From NCBI GenBank assembly GCA_003507395.1, contig DNVW01000003.1:3947-35946 (forward strand): DNA of 32,000 bases, in the 5' to 3' direction. Each line of letters starts with the position of its first letter. The first letter of the stretch is position 1. The notes below the pieces were generated by a model that did no database searches, was not told where the DNA came from, and saw only the letters and a list, made by a program, of their open reading frames with translations. Made by a program: the position numbers and the translations under genes. Shown here one piece after another: positions 17,320 to 26,446 of the stretch. The DNA comes from Clostridiales bacterium. Its GTDB lineage: Bacteria; Bacillota; Clostridia; TANB77; CAG-508.

Positions 17320-17338
17320 TTCCCCAACTTTTCCCCAA
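17320..17338 (+). repeat. Two direct TTCCCCAA repeats, 11-bp phasing, at the integrase-proximal element end
   Basis: TTCCCCAA at 17320-17327 and 17331-17338. The same octamer in inverted orientation (TTGGGGAA) lies at 8367-8374 in the relaxase leader. Confidence 0.4.
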
Positions 17339-17432
17339 TTCTACATAAAAAGGCTATTTTTAGTCATTATTGTTAACTAATTGGAGAACATAAAAAATCG
17401 CTACAATCCTTAAGACTGTAACGATATAAGTT

Positions 17433-17508
<76 letters not shown>

Positions 17509-17527
17509 ATTTGTTGTTTGCTTACTT

Positions 17528-17556
17528 AGTATAACTCCATTATTGTCTTTTGTCAA
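17528..17556 (-). promoter_or_regulatory. Promoter of the tRNA-fMet gene
   Basis: Minus strand TTGACA (17551-17556), 17 nt spacer, TATACT (17528-17533). About 20 nt upstream of the mature 5' end. Confidence 0.5.
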
Positions 17557-17630
17557 TACATTTGAACAATTTTTATCTTTTAATTTGAATATATTACTAT
17601 TCCATTGTTAATAGTTTTTCTAATACTTCA

Positions 17631-18233
17631 TTAAACTTCTATTTGTTCTTTAAGGTCGTTATATTTTGCTTCACCTATTCCTTTAACATTTTGTATATCT
17701 TCTATCTTTCGAAAACTTCCATTTTCCTCTCTATACTTAATTATTTTTGCTGCTGTGGATGCACCTACTCCTGGTAACCTTTGTAATTCATCCTCATCTG
17801 CTGTATTTATATTTATTTTTTCTTCCTTTATATTATTTTCAATATTTGCTGTATTATACTCTATTTTTTTATCATTATCTTCTGTGTTTGGTATATATAT
17901 TTTTTGTCCATCTTTTAGTATATAAGCTAAATTTATTTGTGCTAAATCTGCCTTTTCCGTAGTACCTCCTGCCTTTTTAATTGCGTCAATTACTCTTGCA
18001 CCCTCTTCTAGTTCCACTATTCCTGGTTTATTTATCTCTCCTATTATATGCACAACAATTACTTTTTTTGCCTCTTCTTTTATAATATTTTCTTCTTCTG
18101 CAAAATATTCTTCGTAATTATTCTCTTCATAATTATATTCATCTATTTTTGTTAAAACATATATCGAAATTATTATTAGAATTATTACTCCTATAATAAT
18201 TATTATTTTTTTATTATTTTTTAATTTTTCCAA
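17631..18233 (-). CDS. comEA: ComEA-family competence DNA-binding protein (TM anchor, SLBB, tandem helix-hairpin-helix)
   Basis: N-terminal TM helix. GIVELEEGARVIDAIKKAGG. INTADEDELQRLPGVGASTAAKIIKYREENGSFRKIEDIQNVKGIGEAKY. TTG start. Confidence 0.85.
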   Translation of the reverse strand: MEKLKNNKKIIIIIGVIILIIISIYVLTKIDEYNYEENNYEEYFAEEENIIKEEAKKVIVVHIIGEINKPGIVELEEGARVIDAIKKAGGTTEKADLAQINLAYILKDGQKIYIPNTEDNDKKIEYNTANIENNIKEEKININTADEDELQRLPGVGASTAAKIIKYREENGSFRKIEDIQNVKGIGEAKYNDLKEQIEV

Positions 18234-18315
18234 ATAAATCTTTCCTTTCTTTTTCTTTTATTTTACTATTGAATTTTTAAAATACTTAATATATATTTAT
18301 ATTAGAGGAGATTTT

Positions 18316-19539
18316 ATGAAACATATAAAAAAAGTATTTTGTATTTTATTAATAATTTTTAATATTATGATAGTATGTAATTTTAGTAATGCCAGTGAAA
18401 TTAATACATACTCTCCAGTATGTTTACTCATGGAAAGTTCCACTGGTAAAATTTTATATGAAAAAGATATACATAAAAAAGTGTATCCTGCAAGTACTAC
18501 TAAACTTATGACAGCTATATTAGTAATGGAGAATTGTAATTTATCTGATATTGCTACTGTTAATTCAAGCGCTATTGATATTGTTCCAGCTGGCTATTCT
18601 TCTGCTTATTTAAAAAAAGGAGAAAATTTAACTATAGAACAACTATTACATGTATTATTAATTCCATCAGCAAATGATGCTGCAAATGTATTGGCGGAAC
18701 ATGTTGGTGGTACAATTGAAAATTTTGCTAATATGATGAATCAAAAAGCCAAAGAATTAGGTTGTAAAAACACCAATTTTAAAAATCCGAGTGGCATACA
18801 TGATGATAATCACTATTCTACAGCTTATGATCTTTCTATTATTACAAAATATGCTATGCAATTTCAAACTATAAAAGATATTGCAAATACTACAAAATAC
18901 AATTTACCTAAGACAAATAAATATAATAGTGAAGACAGAATTTTCTATAACACAAACCTGCTATTATCACATCATTCTCCAGATGATTACTATTATGAAT
19001 ATGCAACAGGATTGAAAACAGGTTATACAAATCCTGCTAAAGATTGTATTATTGCTACTGCTAAAAAAGATGATTTAGAACTAATTGCTATTATTTTGGG
19101 TGCAGATGACAATATTGGAAATTCTATACCGAAATATTTAGATTGTAAAACACTTTTTGAATATGGGTTTAATAATTATTCTTTTAAAAGCATCGTAAAA
19201 TCCAATTCTTTAATTAATCAAATTTCAATTCATGGTGGTACTAAAGATACAAAAAATCTTGATATTTTAGTAAAAGATGATATTAATATATTTTTGAATA
19301 ATAATTTTAATACGGAAAATTTAACTTCTGAAATAAAATTAAAAGAAAATTTAATTGCTCCTATAAAAAAGGGAAGTGTCATTGGTGAAATTTCTTATAC
19401 TGTAGATGAAAAGATTTACTCATCTGATTTAATTGCTGGAAATGATGTAGAAATAATTGACTTTATGCCAATATTCTTAAGAATATCAATTTTATTGTTT
19501 GTAATCTTTATTATAATTATTGTTTTAAAAAGAAGTTAG
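18316..19539 (+). CDS. D-alanyl-D-alanine carboxypeptidase (S11, low-MW PBP) with C-terminal membrane anchor
   Basis: Signal peptide. SxxK (ASTTK), SxN (SAND), KTG (LKTGYT). C-terminal hydrophobic tail. Confidence 0.85.
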   Translation: MKHIKKVFCILLIIFNIMIVCNFSNASEINTYSPVCLLMESSTGKILYEKDIHKKVYPASTTKLMTAILVMENCNLSDIATVNSSAIDIVPAGYSSAYLKKGENLTIEQLLHVLLIPSANDAANVLAEHVGGTIENFANMMNQKAKELGCKNTNFKNPSGIHDDNHYSTAYDLSIITKYAMQFQTIKDIANTTKYNLPKTNKYNSEDRIFYNTNLLLSHHSPDDYYYEYATGLKTGYTNPAKDCIIATAKKDDLELIAIILGADDNIGNSIPKYLDCKTLFEYGFNNYSFKSIVKSNSLINQISIHGGTKDTKNLDILVKDDINIFLNNNFNTENLTSEIKLKENLIAPIKKGSVIGEISYTVDEKIYSSDLIAGNDVEIIDFMPIFLRISILLFVIFIIIIVLKRS

Positions 19540-19560
19540 AAGTTTAATCTTCTAACTTCT
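19531..19560. terminator. Bidirectional terminator formed by the 3' ends of two convergent genes
   Basis: Perfect 12-bp stem AGAAGTTAGAAG (19531-19542) / CTTCTAACTTCT (19549-19560). Both stop codons lie inside the structure. Confidence 0.55.
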
Positions 19561-20830
19561 TTAAAATATCTTCTCCTACTATAATAGTTATATCAATATT
19601 GTTCGAAGAATCCCCTTGTAATATGTTTCCGATTTTCAATACATTTTTTATATCCTCTGTAATATTTTCTGGTGCATTATTTCTATTTATTATTGTCGTT
19701 TTAGAAGTTTTAGAAGTACTCTCTGTACTCTTAATATTGTATCCCATTCTCTTCAATGTGTCTGAGACCTCATCAAATCTTTCCTCGTTTCCTATTCCAT
19801 TAAGTAATTCTATTTTTATTTCCTCTTTTTCTTCATCACTTACTTCAGATTCTTCTTCATTTATATTGAAAAATAATTTATTTACCACTTTTTTTGTTTC
19901 TTCTTTGTCACTGCTATATATCCATACCACATTTGCAAATTCTGGTACTCCTGGTAAAACTGCAGTTTTTAAATTGTTTATGTTAAATTCAACTGCATAT
20001 GGTATATAATCTTTTACTGCTTTAAAATCCAAATTTGTTTCAACATATTGCTCAGCAATATCTAATAAATTATTAATCTTTGTAACACTATTCCAACTTA
20101 ATAATTTCTTTGCTAAAGTTTTTAAGAATTCCCTTTGTGTTTTCATCCTTCCAATATCTTCTTGTCCATATTCACTTGGATATGTACTTCCATCATTATT
20201 ATGCCTAAATCTTACAACTTGCTCTGCTTTATCACCATCTAGCAATTGTTCTCCAGCTTTTAGGTGTATGTATAAATCCTGGCTACTATCATCATAATCC
20301 ATATCTATCGGTACATTAAATGTAACTCCACCTATTTCGTCGACTAATACTTTTAAAGCTTCTGTATCTACCATTAAATAATATTTTACATTTATGCCTG
20401 TAATATCTGTTACATATTTCATAAGCTTTTGAGGTCCATTTTCTGTTTGATAAACAGCATTTATCTTGTCCCATGATGTAGCACTTGATTTATAATCTCC
20501 TATAAAGGTATCTCTTGGAATAGAAAGTAACGCTGCTGACTGATCCTTTGGGTCATATGAAGCTAATATTAAAGTATCTGTTAAATTTTGGCTTTTTCCT
20601 AATATCAAGCAATATATTTTATCCAAAGTCAATATTGTATCTTTATCATGCCCCATTGCTGTCATTAAAAGTCCTTTTGCTCCTCCACCATTTTTATACA
20701 CTTTATATCCTAAAATTGCTCCTGCCAATAATATGATAAATAATATAACAAGAATAATTTTTTTACCTATACCTCTTTTTTTCTTTTTATTTTTTACTTC
20801 ATTTATTTCTTTTGTTTTCAAATTTCTCAC
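19544..20830 (-). CDS. LytR-CpsA-Psr (LCP) family cell-envelope phosphotransferase with LytR_C-like tail
   Basis: N-terminal TM helix. TDTLILASYDPK...ALLSIPRDT core motif. GTG start. Confidence 0.85.
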   Translation of the reverse strand: MRNLKTKEINEVKNKKKKRGIGKKIILVILFIILLAGAILGYKVYKNGGGAKGLLMTAMGHDKDTILTLDKIYCLILGKSQNLTDTLILASYDPKDQSAALLSIPRDTFIGDYKSSATSWDKINAVYQTENGPQKLMKYVTDITGINVKYYLMVDTEALKVLVDEIGGVTFNVPIDMDYDDSSQDLYIHLKAGEQLLDGDKAEQVVRFRHNNDGSTYPSEYGQEDIGRMKTQREFLKTLAKKLLSWNSVTKINNLLDIAEQYVETNLDFKAVKDYIPYAVEFNINNLKTAVLPGVPEFANVVWIYSSDKEETKKVVNKLFFNINEEESEVSDEEKEEIKIELLNGIGNEERFDEVSDTLKRMGYNIKSTESTSKTSKTTIINRNNAPENITEDIKNVLKIGNILQGDSSNNIDITIIVGEDILKKLED

Positions 20831-20910
20831 TCTTTCTTTTATTTTTATTGTACTTGTCTAGTATAACAAAAAAAAATATAAATATCAATATACTTTTTTT
20901 AAAAAAAGTA

Positions 20911-20939
20911 TAGACAAATTTTTAAAAATGTTGTATTAT
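20911..20939 (+). promoter_or_regulatory. Promoter candidate for the T4SS-like operon
   Basis: TAGACA (20911-20916), 17 nt spacer, TATTAT (20934-20939). Followed by SD AGGAGGTGG at 20950-20958. Confidence 0.45.
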
Positions 20940-20964
20940 GGTAAAAATTAGGAGGTGGTAATTT

Positions 20965-21102
20965 ATATTTAAATTAATCGATTACTTTTTTATTCTTTTC
21001 ATTTTTAATCTTTTTATTGTTTTCTATTCAATTTACAACTTCTTTGATATCAATGTTTTCCACAATTTACAAGGCTCAAAATTAAATCTTAAAATTAAAT
21101 AA
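20965..21102 (+). CDS. Possible 45-aa hydrophobic peptide with non-canonical (ATA) start
   Basis: Strong SD AGGAGGTGG (20950-20958). The only long open frame after it runs 20962-21102, has no ATG/GTG/TTG, and has ATA 6 nt after the SD. The product FKLIDYFFILFIFNLFIVFYSIYNFF... is TM-like. Speculative. Confidence 0.25.
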   Translation: MFKLIDYFFILFIFNLFIVFYSIYNFFDINVFHNLQGSKLNLKIK

Positions 21103-21118
21103 TGGAGGTGGAATTTTT

Positions 21119-22846
21119 ATTAAACGTTTTATTTTTATTCTACTTTTATCTTTTACCTTTTGTTTCTTTGGGTTCAAAATTTTTTATCCCATTTTCACAT
21201 CTAATTCAATTATTATTAATTATGGTTTACACCCATTTGATATTTGTATTGAACAACCATTACTCTGGAAATATATAAAAATTGCCTTTATATTTTCGTA
21301 TATTTTTTCTTCTTTTATGATTTCAAATTCTATTTTTTTATTATTTATTAAACCATTTTATAAACCTAAAAAACTAAAAAAAAGTTCTATCCAAACAACT
21401 CACTCTTCACATAATCAGCTTTCTCTTTTTATTGGCAAAAATGTTTATACAAATGAAAAAATATATCTACCAGAAAAAGCATTATATCAAAATATTTTAG
21501 TAACAGGAACAATCGGTACTGGAAAAACAAGTAGTGCTATGTATCCTTTTACTGAACAATTAATTTCTTACAAATCAAATAGTGAAACCGAGAAAATAGG
21601 AATGCTTATTTTAGATGTTAAAGGTAATTATTGTAATAAGGTAAAAGAATTTTGTCATATATATAATCGTGAAGAAGATTTAATCACTATAGAATTAAAT
21701 GGTAATTTTAAATATAATCCTTTACATAAGCCAAATTTAAAACCTTCTGTCTTAGCTCATAGGCTAAAAACTATACTTTTATTATTCTCCAAAAATAATA
21801 CGGAATCTTTTTGGATAGATAAAGCTGAGCAAATTTTAAGTGAAGCTATAAAATTATGCAGATTATATAATGATTATTATGTTACTTTTGATGAATTACA
21901 TAAAATAATTACGGTTAATAATTATTATAAAGAAAAGATAGAAATTTTAAGGCAAAAATTTATTAATAATTGTTTTACATATTCAGAAACTTATGATTTA
22001 CTCTCTTCAATTAATTTTTTTGAAAAAGAATTTTTAAATTTAGATTCAAGAACTCTTTCTATTTTAAAATCTGAAATTACTCGTATTACGAATAGCTTTG
22101 TCTCTGAATATGATGTATTAAAAACTTTCTCTCCTCCTAAAGAAGAATTGAATTTCTTAGGCTTCGATGAAGTAATAAATAATGGCAAAATAGTTGTTTT
22201 AAATATGAATATTAGTGAATACACAATACTTTCTAAAATAATTTCTGCATATTTAAAATTAGATTTTCAAACTGAAGTTATGATGAGATTGGCAAATAAC
22301 TTTGAAACTTCTAAAAGAAGTGTTGCTTTTATTTCTGATGAATATCATGAATATTGTACAGAAACAGATAGTAATTTTTTCTCTCAAAGTAGAGAAGCTA
22401 AATGTATTAATATTGTCGCTACTCAAAGCTATACGTCGATTTTAAATACTTTAAACAATCAGACTACTGTTAAAATGATTATTCAAAATTTAATAAATAA
22501 ATTATGGTTCAGGACAGATGATATTTTTACAATAGAAGATATCCAAAAACAAATTGGTAAAGAAGATAAAGAAAAATCCACTCACTCAATCTCTGAAAAT
22601 GCTCAAAAAACTGTTTTTAGTTACTTAACAAACTCTTTAAATTCCAAAAATTCAAATATTTCTGAAACTTTAACTACTAGTTTTCAAACAGATTTTATTT
22701 ATGATACAAAGTTTTTTACTCAGGAACTTGAAAATTTTACATCTTTATGTTTCCTTTCTGATGGCAATAAAATTATAAAACCACAAAAAGTAAAATTATT
22801 ACCATATTTTTTATATAAGGAGGATTTTAATGAAAATATTTATTAA
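21119..22846 (+). CDS. Type IV coupling protein (VirD4/TraG-like ATPase). N-terminal TM anchor is included only if translation starts at ATT 21119
   Basis: Walker A TGTIGTGKTS, Walker B FISDEYHEY, IVATQSY. The ATG-ORF starts at 21317, but the frame is open from 21086. SD GGAGGTGG (21104-21111) is followed 7 nt later by ATT AAA CGT..., giving MKRFIFILLLSFTFCFFGF... with two TM helices. Confidence 0.7.
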   Translation: MKRFIFILLLSFTFCFFGFKIFYPIFTSNSIIINYGLHPFDICIEQPLLWKYIKIAFIFSYIFSSFMISNSIFLLFIKPFYKPKKLKKSSIQTTHSSHNQLSLFIGKNVYTNEKIYLPEKALYQNILVTGTIGTGKTSSAMYPFTEQLISYKSNSETEKIGMLILDVKGNYCNKVKEFCHIYNREEDLITIELNGNFKYNPLHKPNLKPSVLAHRLKTILLLFSKNNTESFWIDKAEQILSEAIKLCRLYNDYYVTFDELHKIITVNNYYKEKIEILRQKFINNCFTYSETYDLLSSINFFEKEFLNLDSRTLSILKSEITRITNSFVSEYDVLKTFSPPKEELNFLGFDEVINNGKIVVLNMNISEYTILSKIISAYLKLDFQTEVMMRLANNFETSKRSVAFISDEYHEYCTETDSNFFSQSREAKCINIVATQSYTSILNTLNNQTTVKMIIQNLINKLWFRTDDIFTIEDIQKQIGKEDKEKSTHSISENAQKTVFSYLTNSLNSKNSNISETLTTSFQTDFIYDTKFFTQELENFTSLCFLSDGNKIIKPQKVKLLPYFLYKEDFNENIY

Positions 22847-23165
22847 AAAAATTATTTTTATTTTATTTATTTTTATTGTATTATTTAGCATTTTTAATTT
22901 CACATATTGTTTTTTTGATTCTACACCTAAAATTGTTACAAAATTAAATGAAGCTTTTGAAAAAGTTGAGAGCTGGTTTATGAAGTTAGCAACTCCTGCA
23001 GCTGCTGTGGCTGTTGGCACTGGTGTTTTTATGAAGAAGTTTAGTTTCGGAGATGAAGAAAGAATAAGGATAGCAAAAAAATTAATTAGAAGTTCTCTTT
23101 TTTCATATGGATTTATACTAGCAATTGATTTAATATTATCTGCTATAAAAACTCTTATTGTATAG
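22830..23165 (+). CDS. Small membrane protein, VirB2/TrbC pilin-like topology (signal peptide plus two hydrophobic helices)
   Basis: 111 aa. AAGGAGG SD inside the 3' end of the upstream gene. The central segment KLATPAAAVAVGTGVFM is Ala/Gly-rich and hydrophobic. Confidence 0.5.
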   Translation: MKIFIKKIIFILFIFIVLFSIFNFTYCFFDSTPKIVTKLNEAFEKVESWFMKLATPAAAVAVGTGVFMKKFSFGDEERIRIAKKLIRSSLFSYGFILAIDLILSAIKTLIV

Positions 23166-23174
23166 GTGAATTCT

Positions 23175-24059
23175 ATGGAACAGCAAAATATTTCTTACAT
23201 AATTTTTGAAACTATAAATAATCTTTTAAATAACTTGCTAACCTCTATAGATACGACGCTCTATGAAGTATTAGATGAATTAGTTTTTATAGATACAAAT
23301 ATATTAAAAGTTCCTTTCTTTGAAAAAATATTTGGAACTTACTCTAACAATGGACTTTTGTTAATAGCTAATTCTTTATTAATTGCATTTGTTATATACT
23401 ATGCGGTAAAACTTGCATATTCCAGTTACACCAGCCAACCCATTGAATCACCACGTCATTTTATTCTAAAATTACTTATCTTAGGAATTTGCATTAATTC
23501 TTCATATTTTATATGTGAACAATTTTTAAATATAAATTATTTATTTTCTTCTTCCATTCAAGAATTGGGTCAATATATTTTTGACTCTTCCATTTCTTTT
23601 GCTAAATTAATAGAAAAATTAAATATTGATATTTATTCCACAAGTACTAATTTTAACATTTTTTCTTTTGATGGCATTTCTAAAGCCTTTATTACTATAA
23701 GCTTATTTAATTTAATTTTTTCATATGCTTTGCGATACATATTGGTAAAACTATTTGTCTTATTAACCCCATTTTCATTGCTCACTCTTTTAAATAATTC
23801 TACAAGCTGGTTTTTTAAATCTTGGATTAGATGTCTTTTTTCTTTATTAATAATGCAATCATTTATTGCTTTAATATTATTACTTATCTTTTCTATTAAC
23901 TTTAATTCTAATACCTTATCAAAATTGACTTATTTAGGATGTATATATGCTTTAGTTCATATAAATTCATATATACGCCAATTGGTTGGAGGTATTTCTA
24001 CAGAAGTATCAAATAATTTTGGAATTTCTTCTAATTTTTTTAATCATAGGAGGATGTAA
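23175..24059 (+). CDS. Polytopic membrane protein, VirB6/TrbL-like
   Basis: About 6 hydrophobic helices. The track start 23166 (GTG) lies inside the AGGTGA SD. ATG at 23175. Position after the pilin-like gene supports the call. Confidence 0.5.
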   Translation: MEQQNISYIIFETINNLLNNLLTSIDTTLYEVLDELVFIDTNILKVPFFEKIFGTYSNNGLLLIANSLLIAFVIYYAVKLAYSSYTSQPIESPRHFILKLLILGICINSSYFICEQFLNINYLFSSSIQELGQYIFDSSISFAKLIEKLNIDIYSTSTNFNIFSFDGISKAFITISLFNLIFSYALRYILVKLFVLLTPFSLLTLLNNSTSWFFKSWIRCLFSLLIMQSFIALILLLIFSINFNSNTLSKLTYLGCIYALVHINSYIRQLVGGISTEVSNNFGISSNFFNHRRM

Positions 24060-24337
24060 TGAATTTTATTTTTCCACAAAACTATAACTTTAATAGTAAA
24101 TTGTTTGGCTTTATAGATTATAATTCTTTAATATTAAATATTGTTTGGGATGGTTTTATTTTTATAATATCAAATTCTTTGTTTAACAACCTAAGCGTAA
24201 AAATATGTATAATTATTATTTTATGCTTTCCTCTTCTTTTGTTTACTTTTGTCGGAATTAATAATGAAAACATTATTTATGTGTTTAAGTATGTAATCAA
24301 ATTTTTTATAAAAAATAAACTTTATTTATTTAAATAA
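24059..24337 (+). CDS. Small 2-TM protein (VirB3/PrgI-like position)
   Basis: 92 aa. TAATG stop/start overlap with the upstream gene. Two hydrophobic helices. Confidence 0.45.
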   Translation: MNFIFPQNYNFNSKLFGFIDYNSLILNIVWDGFIFIISNSLFNNLSVKICIIIILCFPLLLFTFVGINNENIIYVFKYVIKFFIKNKLYLFK

Positions 24338-24356
24338 TATTTTACTCCATTGTTTA

Positions 24357-24385
24357 TTGTAAAAATATTTATAAAATGATATAAT
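24357..24385 (+). promoter_or_regulatory. Promoter of the DnaD-like gene
   Basis: TTGTAA (24357-24362), 17 nt spacer, TGaTATAAT (24377-24385). Confidence 0.5.
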
Positions 24386-24418
24386 TTGACAAATGAACAT
24401 TGGGAGGTAACTAATATT

Positions 24419-25399
24419 ATGAAACTAGAAGATGCGGAAATATCACCTTTATTTTCTAAGACAGAAATACCAGATATATTTTTTTCTGAGTATCTTTCAC
24501 AGGCAAATGGTGATTTTGTAAAAGTATATTTGTATTTATTATTTTTATCTAAATATGAAAAAGATGTGAAAATAAATGATTTATCTAAAAAATTAGTACT
24601 TCCTTTGAAGGTTATTCAAGATGCCTTAAAATATTGGGAGGATATTGGTGCTATTACTAAAAAAAATACTGGATATATTATAAATAATCTACAAGAGATA
24701 GAATTATATAAAATTTATAAGCCAAAAACCTCTTTGTCTGCAGAAGAATTAAAAAAATCTGCTGAAGGTCAAAAAAGAGCTCAGGCTATAGAATGTATAA
24801 ATAATAAATATTTTTCTGGATTAATGCCTACTTCTTGGTATCCAGATATTGAATTGTGGTTTAAAAAATATAATTTTGATGAAGAAGTTATGATTGCTTT
24901 ATTTGGCTACTGCTTTGATAAATCTGCTCTTCATAGAAACTACATTCAAACAGTAGCAGAAGCGTGGGCAAAAAATAATATTAGAACATTTACAGATTTG
25001 GACATGTATTACGAAAAACAAGAGAAATTAAATTTAATTGCTAATACTATTTCTAAAAAATTGAGTTTAAAAAGAAATTTGTCTCAATATGAATATGCTT
25101 ATGTTGAAAAATGGGTAATAGACTTTAAATATAATTTAGATATTATAGAAATTGCTTTAAAACGCACTACTTCTAAGGCAAATCCAAGCTTTGATTATTT
25201 AGATAAATTGTTAAGTGATTGGCACGACAGAGGATTTACGACTACAGAAGAAATACAAAAATTCTTATTAGAAATGAAAGAAAAAAATAAAAATGTACAG
25301 AATTTAGAAAAAACTGCTGGCTATAACAAATATGAGCAAAGATCTTATGATAATTTAAACAATTTATACGCAAATGTTAAGAAAAAACAAGAAGCATAA
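24419..25399 (+). CDS. DnaD-domain replication initiation / primosome protein
   Basis: The track TTG start 24386 directly abuts the -10 box, so ATG 24419 (GGGAGG SD upstream) is preferred. N-terminal winged-helix-like segment and a duplicated DnaD-type C-terminal region (EVMIALFGYC..., LDIIEIALKRT...). Confidence 0.75.
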   Translation: MKLEDAEISPLFSKTEIPDIFFSEYLSQANGDFVKVYLYLLFLSKYEKDVKINDLSKKLVLPLKVIQDALKYWEDIGAITKKNTGYIINNLQEIELYKIYKPKTSLSAEELKKSAEGQKRAQAIECINNKYFSGLMPTSWYPDIELWFKKYNFDEEVMIALFGYCFDKSALHRNYIQTVAEAWAKNNIRTFTDLDMYYEKQEKLNLIANTISKKLSLKRNLSQYEYAYVEKWVIDFKYNLDIIEIALKRTTSKANPSFDYLDKLLSDWHDRGFTTTEEIQKFLLEMKEKNKNVQNLEKTAGYNKYEQRSYDNLNNLYANVKKKQEA

Positions 25400-25411
25400 G
25401 GATGTGAAACA

Positions 25412-26413
25412 ATGAGTAATACCACTCTAAAAAATCTTTTAACAGAATATGAAAACAAAAGAATAAGAGCAATTAAGCTTGCTGAGCAGAGGAAAAAAGA
25501 GCTATATATTCAAAACCCTAAATTGCAAGAAATTGATGATAAGTTAAATGCTCTAGCCATTTCCACTGCCAAATCTTTAATAAATAAAAATGATTCTGAA
25601 CTCTTAAAAAATTTAGAAAAAAATATTAACATCTTAAAAAAAGAAAAAATACTTATATTAAACTCAATTGGAAAAGATGAAAGTTATATTTTACCTAATT
25701 ATGAATGTAAGCTATGTAATGATACCGGATATGTAATGCAAAATTCTCATTCTATTATGTGTAGTTGCTTAAAACAAAAAATATTTGATTTAGAATATAA
25801 TAAATCAAATATTTATAATATTAAAAACCAGAATTTTAATAATTTTAATGATTTATTTTATTCTAATGTTGTAGATGAAAAAAAATATAAATCAGATATT
25901 TCTCCTAGAGAAAATATTAAATTGATAAAAGATATTTGTTTTAAATTTATTAATAATTTTGAAAACCCTGAAGAAAAAAATTTATTGTTTACTGGAAATA
26001 CTGGTCTAGGAAAAACTTTTATTTCAAGTTGCATTGCTAATGAATTAATTAAAAAAAATAAAACTGTATTATATCAAACTGCTCCAGTTATGTTAGATAC
26101 AATTATTGATTACAGATTTGGTAAAAATACTAATTCTAACATTTTAGAAAATATATTAACTGTAGACTTATTAATAATAGATGACTTAGGTACTGAATGC
26201 GTTAATAATATGAAATTTACCGAATTATTTAATATTATTAATACACGATTATTAAATCAAAAAAATATTACTAAAACCATAATTTCAACTAACTTAAGCT
26301 TGCAAAACTTGTATAATACTTATGATGAAAGAATTGTATCAAGAATTGTTGGTAATTATAATATATGTTATTTTTTTGGAGATGATATAAGATTTAAAAA
26401 AATCTGTGAATGA
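25412..26413 (+). CDS. DnaC/DnaI-like AAA+ helicase loader with N-terminal zinc-binding module
   Basis: CKLCNDTGY...CSC. Walker A GNTGLGKTF. Walker B LLIIDDLGTE. Confidence 0.8.
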   Translation: MSNTTLKNLLTEYENKRIRAIKLAEQRKKELYIQNPKLQEIDDKLNALAISTAKSLINKNDSELLKNLEKNINILKKEKILILNSIGKDESYILPNYECKLCNDTGYVMQNSHSIMCSCLKQKIFDLEYNKSNIYNIKNQNFNNFNDLFYSNVVDEKKYKSDISPRENIKLIKDICFKFINNFENPEEKNLLFTGNTGLGKTFISSCIANELIKKNKTVLYQTAPVMLDTIIDYRFGKNTNSNILENILTVDLLIIDDLGTECVNNMKFTELFNIINTRLLNQKNITKTIISTNLSLQNLYNTYDERIVSRIVGNYNICYFFGDDIRFKKICE

Positions 26414-26426
26414 TCACAGATTTTTT
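26397..26426. terminator. Bidirectional A-tract/T-tract terminator
   Basis: 13-bp stem AAAAAATCTGTGA (26397-26409) / TCACAGATTTTTT (26414-26426) with a 4-nt loop containing the TGA stop. It lies between convergent genes. Confidence 0.6.
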
Positions 26427-26446
26427 ATTATATAAAAGCATTCTTT

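Larger units (their letters stand above)
1..17432. mobile_element. Integrative mobilizable element / genomic island at tRNA-fMet (left boundary outside or undefined in the window)
   Basis: Integrase faces the tRNA 3' end. Xis-like HTH, replication module, ParB-like protein and relaxase are present, with no T4SS genes in this segment. Cargo is defence-type genes. No att direct repeat could be located by eye. Confidence 0.6.

Noticed and set aside
24386-24418. TTG start of the DnaD-like ORF
   Set aside because: The TTG directly follows the predicted -10 box (24380-24385), so it would lie at or before the transcription start. The ATG at 24419 has a GGGAGG SD.
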